Part shown: positions 1 to 11,800 of the stretch, in pieces
How positions within the stretch are numbered: the first letter of the stretch is position 1
Layout: each line of letters starts with the position of its first letter
Source: Eledone cirrhosa
Taxonomy: Eukaryota
Reading direction: 5' to 3'
NCBI GenBank assembly: GCA_964016885.1
Contig: OZ024741.1
Coordinates: forward strand, 323,082,001-323,146,000
DNA: 64,000 nucleotides
Made by a program: the position numbers and the translations under genes
The notes under the pieces: generated by a model
The model's database searches: none
The model's input: the letters and a program-made list of their open reading frames with translations, nothing else
Told to the model about the DNA's origin: nothing

Positions 1-38
1 TTATTACTATTTCTCACTCTCCTATATATATATATATA

Positions 39-177
39 TTTGAAAAAAGGAAAAGAATGACTTCACTTGTAGTTGTAAACAATTTGATTTAATTTTATAA
101 TATTATAATATTATATTATAAAATTAAATTAAATTGTTTACAACTACAAGTGAAGTCATTCTTTTTCTTTTATCAAA
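39..177. repeat. Short foldback (inverted repeat, arms about 60 bp) between (TA)n tracts
   Basis: ATGACTTCACTTGTAGTTGTAAACAATTT (57-85) is the reverse complement of AAATTGTTTACAACTACAAGTGAAGTCAT (131-159); the centre is AT-only. Confidence 0.85.
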
Positions 178-286
178 TATATATATATATATATATAGTG
201 AAAAATTGAACAGGAACAAAACAGAGAGGCAGTACGAACAAAGGTTTATTAATTTCACGCTCTTGAGAGTGAAGTGGTGGTGGGGA

Positions 287-318
287 ACGACGTTTCGGGC
301 ATAAGCTCTTCTTCAGGT
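287..318 (-). ncRNA. Minimal type I hammerhead ribozyme (family A) at the PLE 3' end
   Basis: Minus strand ac-CTGAAGA-agagc ttat gccc-GAAA-cgTC-gt; loopless stem III, one mismatch in stem II. Confidence 0.7.
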
Positions 319-1729
319 GAAAAGTGTGTGGGAAGAGAGTTCAAAGGGTGTGTAGGGGAGTGGTGGAGAGACATATAGCAAAAAGGGGGTGAGAGGAAAC
401 GGTCCAAATGAAATTAAAAATAAAGGCATGATCAAAATAATATTAAAATGGGGTAAAACAGGTGGTGGAAGGGTGTGGGCGTGTAGAAGTGGTGGCGGGT
501 GGAGTGGGGAGACGGGGTGTCCGAGCGGGAGGGCTGAAGGTGGTGTGTGTGTGTAGGTGTACGTGTGTGTGTGTGTGTATGTGAAAGCAAGGGTTGGGGG
601 AAGAACGGGGTTGCATGTTCAGGAAGAGGTTTGTGTGGGGTGGGGCGTAGGTCGGAGTGTGTGTGCGTGTGTGGATAGAGGGTGGGGGGAGAGGATTCCG
701 GAGGCTGAATGTGTAAATATGTGGTGGTACGCACGTGTGTGTGTGGTGTTTATGCGTGTTGTGGATGTAGGTGGCGTGTGGGGAAAAAAAATTTTTTGTG
801 TGTGTGTCTGGGGTGAGTCTTAAAGGTAATTCCGTAAAAAGATGTGGTGGAATGTTGAGTAAAATCCTTGGGATGCGGTAGATTCTCGGGATCAAGGTTC
901 ACATATGTGTAATCCGTGAAGAGATTGGTCGGAAGAGGGGAGATGTGGGGTGCGCGCGCCACAGGAAGTGGTCAGAGGGTCAAGGCAGGCGGAGGGTTGT
1001 GTGTCTGTGTGTGCGGGGAGGTCGTCAGAGGCATAGCAGCAGTAGAGTAGAATGGTAAGTGAAGGTGTGTCAGTGTGTGCGGAGGTGCGGTGGACAGGGG
1101 AGAGGATGGGTAGGTGTTAAAGTTGGAGTGAGGAGGGGGGGGGTATTAGTAGAGGTGTTAGTGGGATGTGTGAGTGTTTGAGAAAGGGTGTGGGTGGAGC
1201 GGGGAGAGAAGGGTGTGGGGGCCGATGGAGGGAGTGTAGTGTACTGGTGTGTGTGTGTGGTGAAGGGGTGTTAGTGGGTGTTAGTATACTGGAGGTGGAG
1301 AAAGGGTTGAATGCGGGTGTGAGTTGGGGTCAGTGGTGGTAGGGTGTGTAGAGTGGGTGGTGTAAGAGGGTGTGTGTGTTCGTGTGCGTAGGGTTGGGGG
1401 GTGTTAGTGATGTTAGTTGCGTGTGGAGTGGGTGGTGTAAGTGGGTGTGTGTGTTCGTGTGCTTGGGGTCAGGGGGTGTTAGTGATGTTACTTGCGGGGT
1501 GGTGGGGTGGATGTGTGGGGGTGAGGGTTAGTGGTGGTAGTAGGGTGTATGTTTAGTGTGAGCGCGTGTATATATATACCGGTGGGTGTGTGCGTGTGAT
1601 AAGGAGGGGGAGGAGAAGAAGGGAGGGATGTTAGTATGTTAGTTGGGGAAGGGTGGTCGGATGTGGGTGGAGGTGTTAGTATTGTTAGTTGTGGGGTGGG
1701 CGGTGAAAAGGAGGGGTTAGTTAGTGGTG

Positions 1730-2944
1730 TTAGTGGGGGATATGTGTGGGGGAGGGGGCGCGGTCGAAGGCTAAAGGAATAAGGGTGGGGAGTTCAGGCC
1801 GGGGGGAGTGTGGGTCTGTAGGGTGAAGATGGTTCGTTGTTCGACTCTTAGGAGATTGGCGGGTGTTCCGTGGCATTGGAGTAGGCCACAGACTGTGAGG
1901 TGGTGTGCGGAATGTCCAGGGGCACCAAAGTGGCGGGCGATGGGGGAACTACCACCGAGACGAATATCCCGGAGGTGCTCAGTAAATCTGTCCGCCAGGC
2001 GACATCCAGTCTGTCCGACGTAAGTCCGTAGACTAGGTTGGAGGAGGTGCAGCGGAAGGCATGCCGGACAGAGAGAGAGTGGCCATTGGGACCCTGGAAG
2101 GTGCTGGTGTTGGTGATGTGGGGACAGGTGTTGCAGCGGGGCCTAGAACAGGGAAAGGAACCGGGGGGGAAGAGAGCGTGGGTAGGGAGCTGTGGACGAG
2201 GAGGGTGCGGAGATTGCGTGCGCGTTTGAAGGAGGGCAGTGGTGGGGCTGGGAAGATGTGGGAGGTGGAGGGGTCGGAGTGGAGGCGTCGGAAGAGGCGG
2301 AGGATGGTGCGGTGGAGGGGTATGATGGAGGGGTGGTAGGTGATGGGGAAGGGGAGACGGTGGGTGGGTGTGCGGTGACGTGGGGTGAGGGTGGTGGAGC
2401 GGTGGACAGCACGGGCACGGGTGAGAACGGTGTGGACGAGAGGGGGGTTACCTCTGCGGATGAAATGGCTGACTAGGGAAAGGGCCTGGGATTCAAAGTC
2501 AGCATCTCGGCTACAGAGGCGGCGGATACTGAGGAGTTGGGAGTAGGGAATAGAGTGTTTAGTGTGTGTGGGATGGGAAGAGGTGAAGTCGAGGTAGGAG
2601 TGGGAGTCGGTGGGTTTGAAGAAGGTGGAGGTGACGAGGGAGTGGTGGGAGGGGTCGAAGGCGACGGAGATGTCTAAGAAGTGGACGTGGGTGGTGGAGA
2701 TAGAGGTGGTGAAGTGGAGGGAGGGGTGGAAGGAGCAGAAGAAGGAGAGAAAAGAGTCGAGCTGTTCTCGGGTGAAGGTCGTGGCTCCGATACAGTCGTC
2801 GATGTAACGACCGTACAGTTCGGGCGTGGGGCCGGTGTACTGGGCAAAGATTTGGGCCTCAACATGGCCAACAAAAAGGTTGGCATAGTTTGGGCCCATT
2901 CTTGTACCCATGGCTACCCCCGCGACCTGTTGGTAAAACTCACT
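1730..2944 (-). pseudogene. PLE reverse transcriptase C-terminal part plus GIY-YIG endonuclease, frameshifted
   Basis: ORF 2033..3013 has FYQQVAGVAMGT..GPNYANLF, YIDD, FLDI, FKPTDSHSYL..SSHP. In other frames below 2040: NLVY...YVGQTGCRLADRFTEH...IARHF...EQRTIFTLQTHTPPGLN. Confidence 0.9.
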
Positions 2945-3224
2945 ATATATATATAGTCGATCGTCTTTCGTCAAATTGGCCCGAGGAAAGAATGTTTCCA
3001 TTGGTCTTTCCAATTAATTGCTAATACTATCTACCGGTCGCAACTCCAGGTTGAGGAATATATGTATGTATATGTATATATATAGGCATATGTATATATA
3101 TATATATATAAGTGGTAATAAAATGAAAACGAAATTTCATTTCTCACTCTTAGTACGGCACTTACTTAAATGTAAGTATGTATGTATACGTACATACATA
3201 TATGTATACAGACGTACAGTAACA

Positions 3225-3308
<84 letters not shown>

Positions 3309-3460
3309 CAGGTATACATACATATATGTACGTATCAGTTTAGCGGACGCTTATTATAACGCCCGCTTTGTTCGTTTGTAAACAAACTGAACAGCCTGAA
3401 TTTATGCCGTACGGTGTTAAGGCAACCACGTCACCATTTTGTTCAACACTGACACAGGAA

Positions 3461-3501
3461 CCATGTACTAGTTTCAAGCTTGTTAGCTATCATCAGCACC
3501 G
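3461..3501 (-). ncRNA. Type I hammerhead ribozyme (family B)
   Basis: cggtg-CTGATGA-tagct aaca agctt-GAAA-ctag-TA-catgg. Confidence 0.8.
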
Positions 3502-3635
3502 TATACCCTTCTGCCAGATGGTTGAACGTTCGAAAGTATATACTTTCCTTATGAAAATTAACGGCTGAGCAGCCTAATTTGCATATCGAGTGAGTTCGGC
3601 TAGGCGTACCGAAAACCATCTGGCAGAAGGGTATA

Positions 3636-3676
3636 CGGTACTGATGATAGCTAACAAGCTTGAAACTAGTACATCG
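3636..3676 (+). ncRNA. Type I hammerhead ribozyme (family B)
   Basis: cggta-CTGATGA-tagct aaca agctt-GAAA-ctag-TA-catcg; one mismatch at the base of stem I. Confidence 0.75.
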
Positions 3677-3714
3677 TTCCTGTGTCAGTGTTGAACAAAA
3701 AGGTGACGTGATTG

Positions 3715-3796
<82 letters not shown>

Positions 3797-4029
3797 TGCT
3801 ACTGTTCGTCTGTATACATATATGTATGTACGTATACATACATACTTACATTTAAGTAAGTGCCGTACTAAGAGTGAGAAATGAAATTTCGTTTTCATTT
3901 TATTACAACTTATCGTTTTCGGTACGCCTGGCCGAACTCACTCGATATGCAAATTACGCTGCTCAGCCGTTAATTTTCATAAGGAAAGTATATACTTTCG
4001 AACGTTCAACCATCTGGCAGAAGGGTATA

Positions 4030-4070
4030 CGGTGCTGATGATAGCTAACAAGCTTGAAACTAGTACATCG
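4030..4070 (+). ncRNA. Type I hammerhead ribozyme (family B)
   Basis: cggtg-CTGATGA-tagct aaca agctt-GAAA-ctag-TA-catcg; stem I cggtg/catcg, palindromic stem III CTAG. Confidence 0.85.
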
Positions 4071-4222
4071 TTCCTGTGTCAGTGTTGAACAAAAAGGTGA
4101 CGTGGTTGCCTTAACACCGTACGGCATAAATTCAGGCTGTTCAGTTTGTTTACAAACGAACAAAGCGGGCGTTATAATAAGCGTTCGCTAAACTGATACG
4201 TACATATATGTATGTGTACCTG

Positions 4223-4266
<44 letters not shown>

Positions 4267-4316
4267 TGCTACTGTACGTCTGTATACATATATGTATGTA
4301 CGTATACATACATACT

Positions 4317-4368
<52 letters not shown>

Positions 4369-4764
4369 TATATTTGTGTGCATGTCTGTGTAGGTATGTT
4401 GGTGTGCATATATGTGTTTGTATAAATGTATGTTTAAGTGACTAAGTGTATATGCGTATAAACACATACCTCATACACAGCTGAAATAATATAGAACTGA
4501 AGCTATTAATTGCCTCATTAAGTTTTAATAACTCATTAACCAGATGCCTTCATACGCACACAAACATACATACAATCTGACACATGCACACACACACACA
4601 CTAATATACATATATGTATATAAATATATACACACACACATATATGTATGCATATATCTGTGTGTGTGTGTGTGTGTATGTGTGTGTGTGTATACATATG
4701 TATATACATATATATATGTGTGTATATATGTATATATATCTATGTATGTGTATATATAGGCATA

Positions 4765-4842
<78 letters not shown>

Positions 4843-4963
4843 GGAGGTGAGTTTTATTGTAGCACAATAAAGCAATGCAAATATCGGATAAGTAGCACTC
4901 AACAGTTTATTAGACTGGAGTATATATAAGAAGAAATTAAAAGATGGTTAAAAAAGTTCCATG

Positions 4964-5034
4964 TATATTATTATGCGCATTTCAAAAACAAATATCATCA
5001 TAGGATGATATTTGCGTTCTCATCAGATAAAATA
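4964..5034 (-). ncRNA. Type I hammerhead ribozyme (family C), left arm of foldback 4939-5210
   Basis: Near reverse complement of 5115-5185. Confidence 0.75.
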
Positions 5035-5114
5035 GGGAGACATGATATGAAGCTTAAAAAACCCTTGCGAGCAGTGAAGTGTTAAATCAACATATATGTT
5101 GATTTAACACTCCC

Positions 5115-5185
5115 TATTTTATCTGATGAGAACGCAAATATCATCCCATGATGATATTTGGTTTTGAAATGCGCATAATAAAATA
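5115..5185 (+). ncRNA. Type I hammerhead ribozyme (family C) with extended stem II
   Basis: tattttat-CTGATGA-gaac g caaatatcat...atgatatttg gtttt-GAAA-tgcgca-TA-ataaaata; 8-bp stem I, palindromic stem III. Confidence 0.85.
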
Positions 5186-5238
5186 CATAGAACTCTTTTA
5201 ACCATCTTTTGATTTTATATATATATATACATATACAT

Positions 5239-5442
<204 letters not shown>

Positions 5443-5482
5443 ATATATATATGTATATATAAATATATTTATATATATATAT

Positions 5483-5811
<329 letters not shown>

Positions 5812-5858
5812 GTATACACACATATATACATATATATATATATATTTATAAATACAGA

Positions 5859-5940
5859 GCCTTATGAAGATTGCTCCCTTCTGAATGGAAATCCGCTTGG
5901 ATTTTCCGTTTATTCTGGAGCATGAAACCGCGGTAAAGGT
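5859..5940 (+). ncRNA. Hammerhead ribozyme (family E), core mutated (ATGAAGA)
   Basis: Homologous to 6345-6426 with C3 changed to A. Confidence 0.55.
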
Positions 5941-6344
5941 ACATATAGTAAGTACTGCGAATATTTTAAAATTTATTTTAAAACATTTTCTCTATTTGCT
6001 AGACCTTGTTTTTATATGTTCTGGCTTGTTAATTTATTAACCCGCCATAGAACCACATTGGTATACGGTTGGATAATACTTGTTTCCCTATATGTATTTT
6101 TACATGTAGGAATTCATACTTTATTATTATCCCCCCCCCCCCCCCCCCCCCCCCCCCAAGGTAGAGATAAAATTTTGGCCTTTTGGACTGCTGCTATTTC
6201 TAGTGGAAGGACATCGACCTGTCCACCCTGCCTTTGTCTTTGCACACGGCACCAGACAGAATTATTTCTTTCATCATTCGCTCTCATTTCGGAATGGTTT
6301 TGTATGGCGTCAGTTTGTGATTTTATATTCTCCGATGGAGAAGA

Positions 6345-6426
6345 GCCTTCTGAAGATTGCTCCCTTCTCAATGTAAATCCGCTTGGATTTTCCGTTTATT
6401 CTGGAGCATGAAACCGCGGTAAAGGC
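6345..6426 (+). ncRNA. Type I hammerhead ribozyme (family E) with long stem II
   Basis: gcctt-CTGAAGA-t tgctcc[about 39 nt including aaatcc gctt ggattt]ggagca t-GAAA-ccgcgg-TA-aaggc. Confidence 0.85.
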
Positions 6427-6529
6427 ACATATAGTAAGTACAGCGAATTTTTTAAAATTTATTTTAAAACATTTTCTCTATTTGCTAGACCTTGATTTTA
6501 TTTATAAATACATATATATACATATATAT

Positions 6530-7632
6530 CAAATCGACAAAAAACCACAAACAACTCCCGGTTCTTTTCAACAACATTCTCTGCAACTTGGCGAGAGGAG
6601 ATCATATCATTTGTATCCCAGCCTGTGTGGAAACCACGTTGGTTTTCAGAGTAGGTACCATCAACAAGTCTAGATGTAATTCTGTTGAGAATGAAACGAG
6701 CAAGTATCTTACAGAGACGGTAGATGCCGCGTGAGTTGCCACAGATAGATTTTTTGCCTTTGTACTTGAACAAATGGATTATAGATGCATCTCTGAAGTC
6801 TTGAGGGACATGCTCTGTCTTCCAGATTTCCAGAAATAGCCGAGGAACCTTATGAACCAGTTGGAGTGTCGTCTTTACGAAAAGCTTTACTGTATAGCAG
6901 TTACTTGATAGCGGATTTTATTTCATTCGAGCTTGTATTGAATGCTAATTCGGGTGTCTCTGACCTTTGTGGAATAGATTATATTGCATCTTCATCTACG
7001 TTTGACTCAGCATTTCAAAGTATTCCTTCCATCGTGACAGTATCTCAGCTTTGTCTGTGTATAGGGTTGTACTATCAGAGGTTAGACAGGGATTTGACCT
7101 GCTCTCTCTCGAACCATACACCACATTCAGATCATTATAAAACCCTTTTTGGTCCTTTTTATCAGAATTTTCGTGTAGTTCAGCTACTTTAGCTATATCC
7201 TTCATATTTTTAAGTGAGGACTGTGCCTGGTGCTTACAATCTTTATAGACTTTCTTTTTTAGTTGCTGAGTTTTTATCTCTAAACCAAAACCTGTGTGGG
7301 TTAGGCATCTCGCTAATAAGGTTCTGGACATCTGAGTTGCGTTCATCAAACCAGTCCTGGTGTTTTCTCATAGGAAAGATTTCTACGGAGGCTGCATAAG
7401 TTACATCTTTGAGCGATTTCTAGGAAGTCTCAATGTCATTAAAAACAATGTGGATAGTGTCGAGGAATGAGTCAAGCTTTGCAGACAATTCCAACCTCCT
7501 ATATGTGAATCTCAAAGCAGCTTTTGTTGGGAAGATTGAATGAAACCTTACTGCACCACAGTGATCCGAGAGATAGTTAGAAACGTGATTTTGAAATCTG
7601 TTAGGTCTCATCGGTGTGTGATGACATAACAA
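6530..7632 (-). pseudogene. Decayed RTE-clade LINE (end of APE and start of RT)
   Basis: LSDH motif; NQDWFDE; AEILSRWKEYF; DASIIHLFKYKGKKSICGNSRGI..KILARFILNRI..ENQRGF..T.DMI; many frameshifts. Confidence 0.8.
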
Positions 7633-8599
7633 TCATGCTTTTATTTTTCGGCAAAGCCGGCCGTAAAATCGCTCGGTATGCAAATAAGGCTAATCAGCAG
7701 ATGTATACCTTTGAGAATACTATGCATTCTCAGCAGTTCCAGTTAGTAGAAGCAACGAGCATACACGGTCTCGATAGGTGGAAATAACTCCGAAATAATT
7801 GTCGACTGTCTTCTTTCTGCTACCGCTGGAACAAAAGGATAACATCGTAATCTAGAAAACACACGTGGTGTTATGAGGCTGTTGCTTGCAAACGAACCTA
7901 AAATCAATAATATTGTTGTAATATTATAATTCACACAGGAATGCATACATACGTACCTACCTACCTACCTACCTACATACATACATACATACATGGTGGC
8001 TGCCAACTCGTTTTCGAGTACGGCCACTACTTTATATCCATGTAGGAGAACCCCTACCGATGCGCTGAACGAGTGTGACTTTTTAGTCCAGCCAGCGACT
8101 TGAAAACTCTGGTACAAACACTACACCTGTGACAATTATTGACACATAGTGCTGGGCCCATGGTACCATGTGATGACAAGTGCAGAGAGATCTCCAGATA
8201 CAAAGCAATGCCTGTGCCGTGAAGCTTTTATAGTGAGCAAAGGCACTGCACAAAGCCAGTCCCACTCTCTTAACCAAGATGATATTTACCAAAAAGAAGA
8301 ACAAGTCAACATCATTGGATACCATCAGGGCTGCAGGTGTTATATCAGAGTTTTCATTCTCCTAGAATTCTGCCTTGACAAAGGCTAAGGGGTCATCTCT
8401 CCCGGTGATTTTGGATGGTCATTGACTCTTAAGAGCTCCTTTGCCCTTTGACAGGTTTTGTTTTTAGTCCTGCAGGATGTCCAAAGTCACCCTCCTCACC
8501 AAGAAACTTTGGTGGGGTTGCCAGTTTAGTCGCCAACGACCCGACCATGAGACAGGTTGTACTGGGATACATGTTACCAGTAGCAACAACTGGTGAACT

Positions 8600-8818
8600 G
8601 ACACATATATATACATACATACATACACACATACATACACACATACACACACACATACATACATACATACATGCATACATACATACACACACACATACAT
8701 ACACACATACACACACATACATACATACATACATACATACATACATACATACATACATACATACATACATACATACATACATACATACATACATACATAC
8801 ATACATACATACATACAT
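8600..8818. repeat. (CATA)n microsatellite, 5' flank of the Dong-like element
   Basis: Direct reading. Confidence 0.95.
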
Positions 8819-11800
8819 TCAAACGATTCAAGAACAACGTTTAAAACACAGTTGTAGAATTAAAAACTAACTGAAAAGAAATATTACCCAAGCTGTGAAT
8901 AACTTTAAATTTGATTCTGACAGAACTTTGTCGTAACTTTTAAAGAAGATCATCGACTATTTTTTAAAAATAAATACAAAATATTAGTGAATAGACGAAC
9001 TCATCATGGCAAAAAGTACTAGTCTCCTTCGACCAAATCGCAACTACAACCGTTGTACACAGTGGAGCTACGAGCTTAACAAAGTATTATATGAAGCATA
9101 CAAACAATCTGAACCCCAAAAGTTCGGTTTTATGCAAAGGCTAAAAACTTTATGGAACTCCAAACACCCAGAATTAGACTTTTCTCCAAAGCATCTAAAT
9201 GAACAGGCAAAACGTATCATTAGATGTAAATTGATACATCTAACGGAATTGAGTGATACTACAAATACAGCCCTTGTAGACAACCACCCCACCTCCACTG
9301 ACAGACAAAGAGAATGGCCAGCTAAATCTAACAGTGAACAGCTCACCAACAATTTTGCTGAAATCCATCCCACTTCCACTGAAGAACAGCGAGAAAGGTC
9401 AGCTGACTCTAGTAGTAATTGTCACCACATCAACAACGAGGCTGCAATTCATGACTCTACTGAACAAACAGAGCACCAAAAACTTGTGGGCACCCTACAA
9501 GTGATATGGAACGATATGTTTCAAGAGATACACAGCCTTAATGTGAGTGACAGACCATACAACACTAGAGTCAGTAAAGAACCCACTAAATTGGAATTGG
9601 AAGCGGTGAACGAAATAGCTGGCAATTATCTGAAGGCTGTACGATCTAAAGGTGTAGAAACGACATTTGAAACGCTCAATGTTTTGTTATATGTTTCAGC
9701 TGTCACATTGCTATCATATAACACACATCTAAAACCACGCAATCAAGATACAAACAGAAAGCCTGAACCAGCGTGGATGCGAAATTTAAAAACCAAAATT
9801 TTGTCCCTGAGACGAAGTATCTCACACATCGCAGTCGTTATGAAATGCAACATAGAGAGCAACTTCACACGACACCAGGAAGACCTAAAGAAAAAGTTAG
9901 AGAGACGATTTGGAGATACCAAATTTAAAACTTTGAACTCCAAATTACACCAGTTGAAACAACAACTCACAGCTACAACAGAAAGACTAAAATATAAGTC
10001 AACAGCACATAAACGACAAGTGCTAAATAGATTGTTTGCCAGAGATCCTAAATCAGTTTATCGCAGCTTAGGTGGCAAAAGCTCAATCCCTGTAAACGAC
10101 ACCCCTTCAAAAGAACAGGTTGAGAACTACTGGAGATCTGTATGGGAAACGGATGACGGATTCAACAGACAAGCTAATTGGCTAAAACAACTGGAACAGC
10201 ACTACTGCCAACATGTCCAGACAAAACAATATGACATAGATGGGTCAATACTGGAAACAGCTCTACAGAAAATGTCGAATAGGAAATCGCCAGGCCCAGA
10301 CCTCATTACAGGATACTGGTTGAAGAATTTCACTTTCTATCGGCAAGATCTCATACGGCTGTTTACAGAAACCATTAAGGGCACACAAGAACTGCCCAGA
10401 TGGTTATCAACTGCCACTACTCTCCTCATTCCCAAAAATAGCCAAACCACCCTTGCTAAAAATTACCGCCCAATTGCCTGCCAAAACATCATGTATAAAT
10501 TATATACTGGGTGCCTTAACCTGTTCTTACAGGATCACTGTGCTACCAACAACATCATAACACCTGAGCAAGCTGGTGGAAAGAGGGGGTTGTGGGGTTG
10601 CATAGATCACCTACTAACTAACAAAATGATTCAGGAAAAAACAACAAAGAATCGCAGAAACATGACTGTCGTGTGGCTGGACTATCAAAAAGCATTTGAT
10701 AGTGTACCTCATGGGTGGATTATTAAGGCTTTACAGTTAGCTAAAGTCCCACAACCATTGGTAGCTGCTGTTGAACGCCTGACCAAGAACTGGTACACCA
10801 ATTTGATCCTTAGAGGTGAGAAGGAGCAGGTTAAGACTGATAGGATACATTACCAGAAGGGCATCTTTCAGGGTGATAGCTTGTCAGTACTACTCTTCGT
10901 TCTCTCACTGAATCCACTATCTTACCTACTCAGGAAACAAGGTGGACAAAGAAGTGGGCCCAGAAGTATCTCCCATCTTTTCTTTGTTGATGACCTGAAG
11001 TTGTATGGGCCAAATATCAATGACATCAAGAAACAATTGGACCTCATTACACAATTTTCAACCGACATCAAAATGAAATTTGGTGAGTCCAAGTGTGCAT
11101 ATTTGGCAGTAAAACGTGGAAGAGCTGTGCCCTCCTCTAGAAATCTAGAGATGAACGGCCTGACAATACAACCTCTGCAGTCAGGTGACAACTACAGATA
11201 TCTTGGACAGGATGAGAATGTCAGATATGATGGACCCATAAATAAGGAGAGAACCAGAACTGAATACCTCAGAAGAGTAAAAAAAATATGGTCATCAGAA
11301 CTGTCAGCATACAACAAATACATTGCCCACAATACCTATGCTGTGCCAATTCTAACGCCAACATTTGGCCTACTGAACTGGTCATTGCAAGAACTAAGTG
11401 AGATGGATGTTAGAACTCGAAAACTTCTCAGTGTTACTGGGAACTTTAACATCAATGGTGATGTGGATAGGCTATACTTCTCACGCAAGGAAGGTGGCCG
11501 GGGTCTAAAATCAATATTAACAACATATGAGACCCGGATAGTAACACTGAAGCAACACCTTCAACAGAGGAAAAAGGTTGGCGACCATCTTGCTCAGGTT
11601 TATGAGCATGAAAAAAGAAATATCATTAGAATAGCGACTGATCTGGAGGAGAGATATGGAATAAAGCCTGATATAAATCTCTCACCCAGAGAAATCGGAA
11701 GATCCTATTCAATGTTCAAACAAGAAAAAAAAATTGACCAATTTACAGAGAAAGTTGTGCATGGATACTTGAGGCGTAAAACACAGACCATAGAGGGGAT

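Larger units (their letters stand above)
198..2944 (-). mobile_element. 5'-truncated Penelope-like retroelement (RT + GIY-YIG, long CA-rich 3' region, terminal HHR and AATAAA)
   Basis: Domain order RT, GIY-YIG, 3' region, HHR, AATAAA on the minus strand; both ends abut (TA)n. Confidence 0.85.
3110..4320. mobile_element. Retrozyme-like HHR repeat family B: one inverted monomer followed by about 1.7 direct tandem monomers
   Basis: 3110-3615 is the reverse complement of a circularly permuted unit found at 3616-4320; each unit has an HHR; no credible ORF. Confidence 0.8.
5856..6500 (+). mobile_element. Retrozyme-like partial tandem (family E), period about 486 bp
   Basis: 5856-6010 is repeated at 6342-6496; both copies start with an HHR. 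Confidence 0.75.

Noticed and set aside
1100-1740. GTTAG-containing G-rich repeats as telomeric sequence
   Set aside because: No tandem TTAGGG or TTAGG; this is the low-complexity 3' region of the PLE
2945-3013. N-terminus MERPMETFF.. of the PLE RT ORF
   Set aside because: It lies beyond the (TA)n truncation point and is unrelated sequence that happens to be in frame
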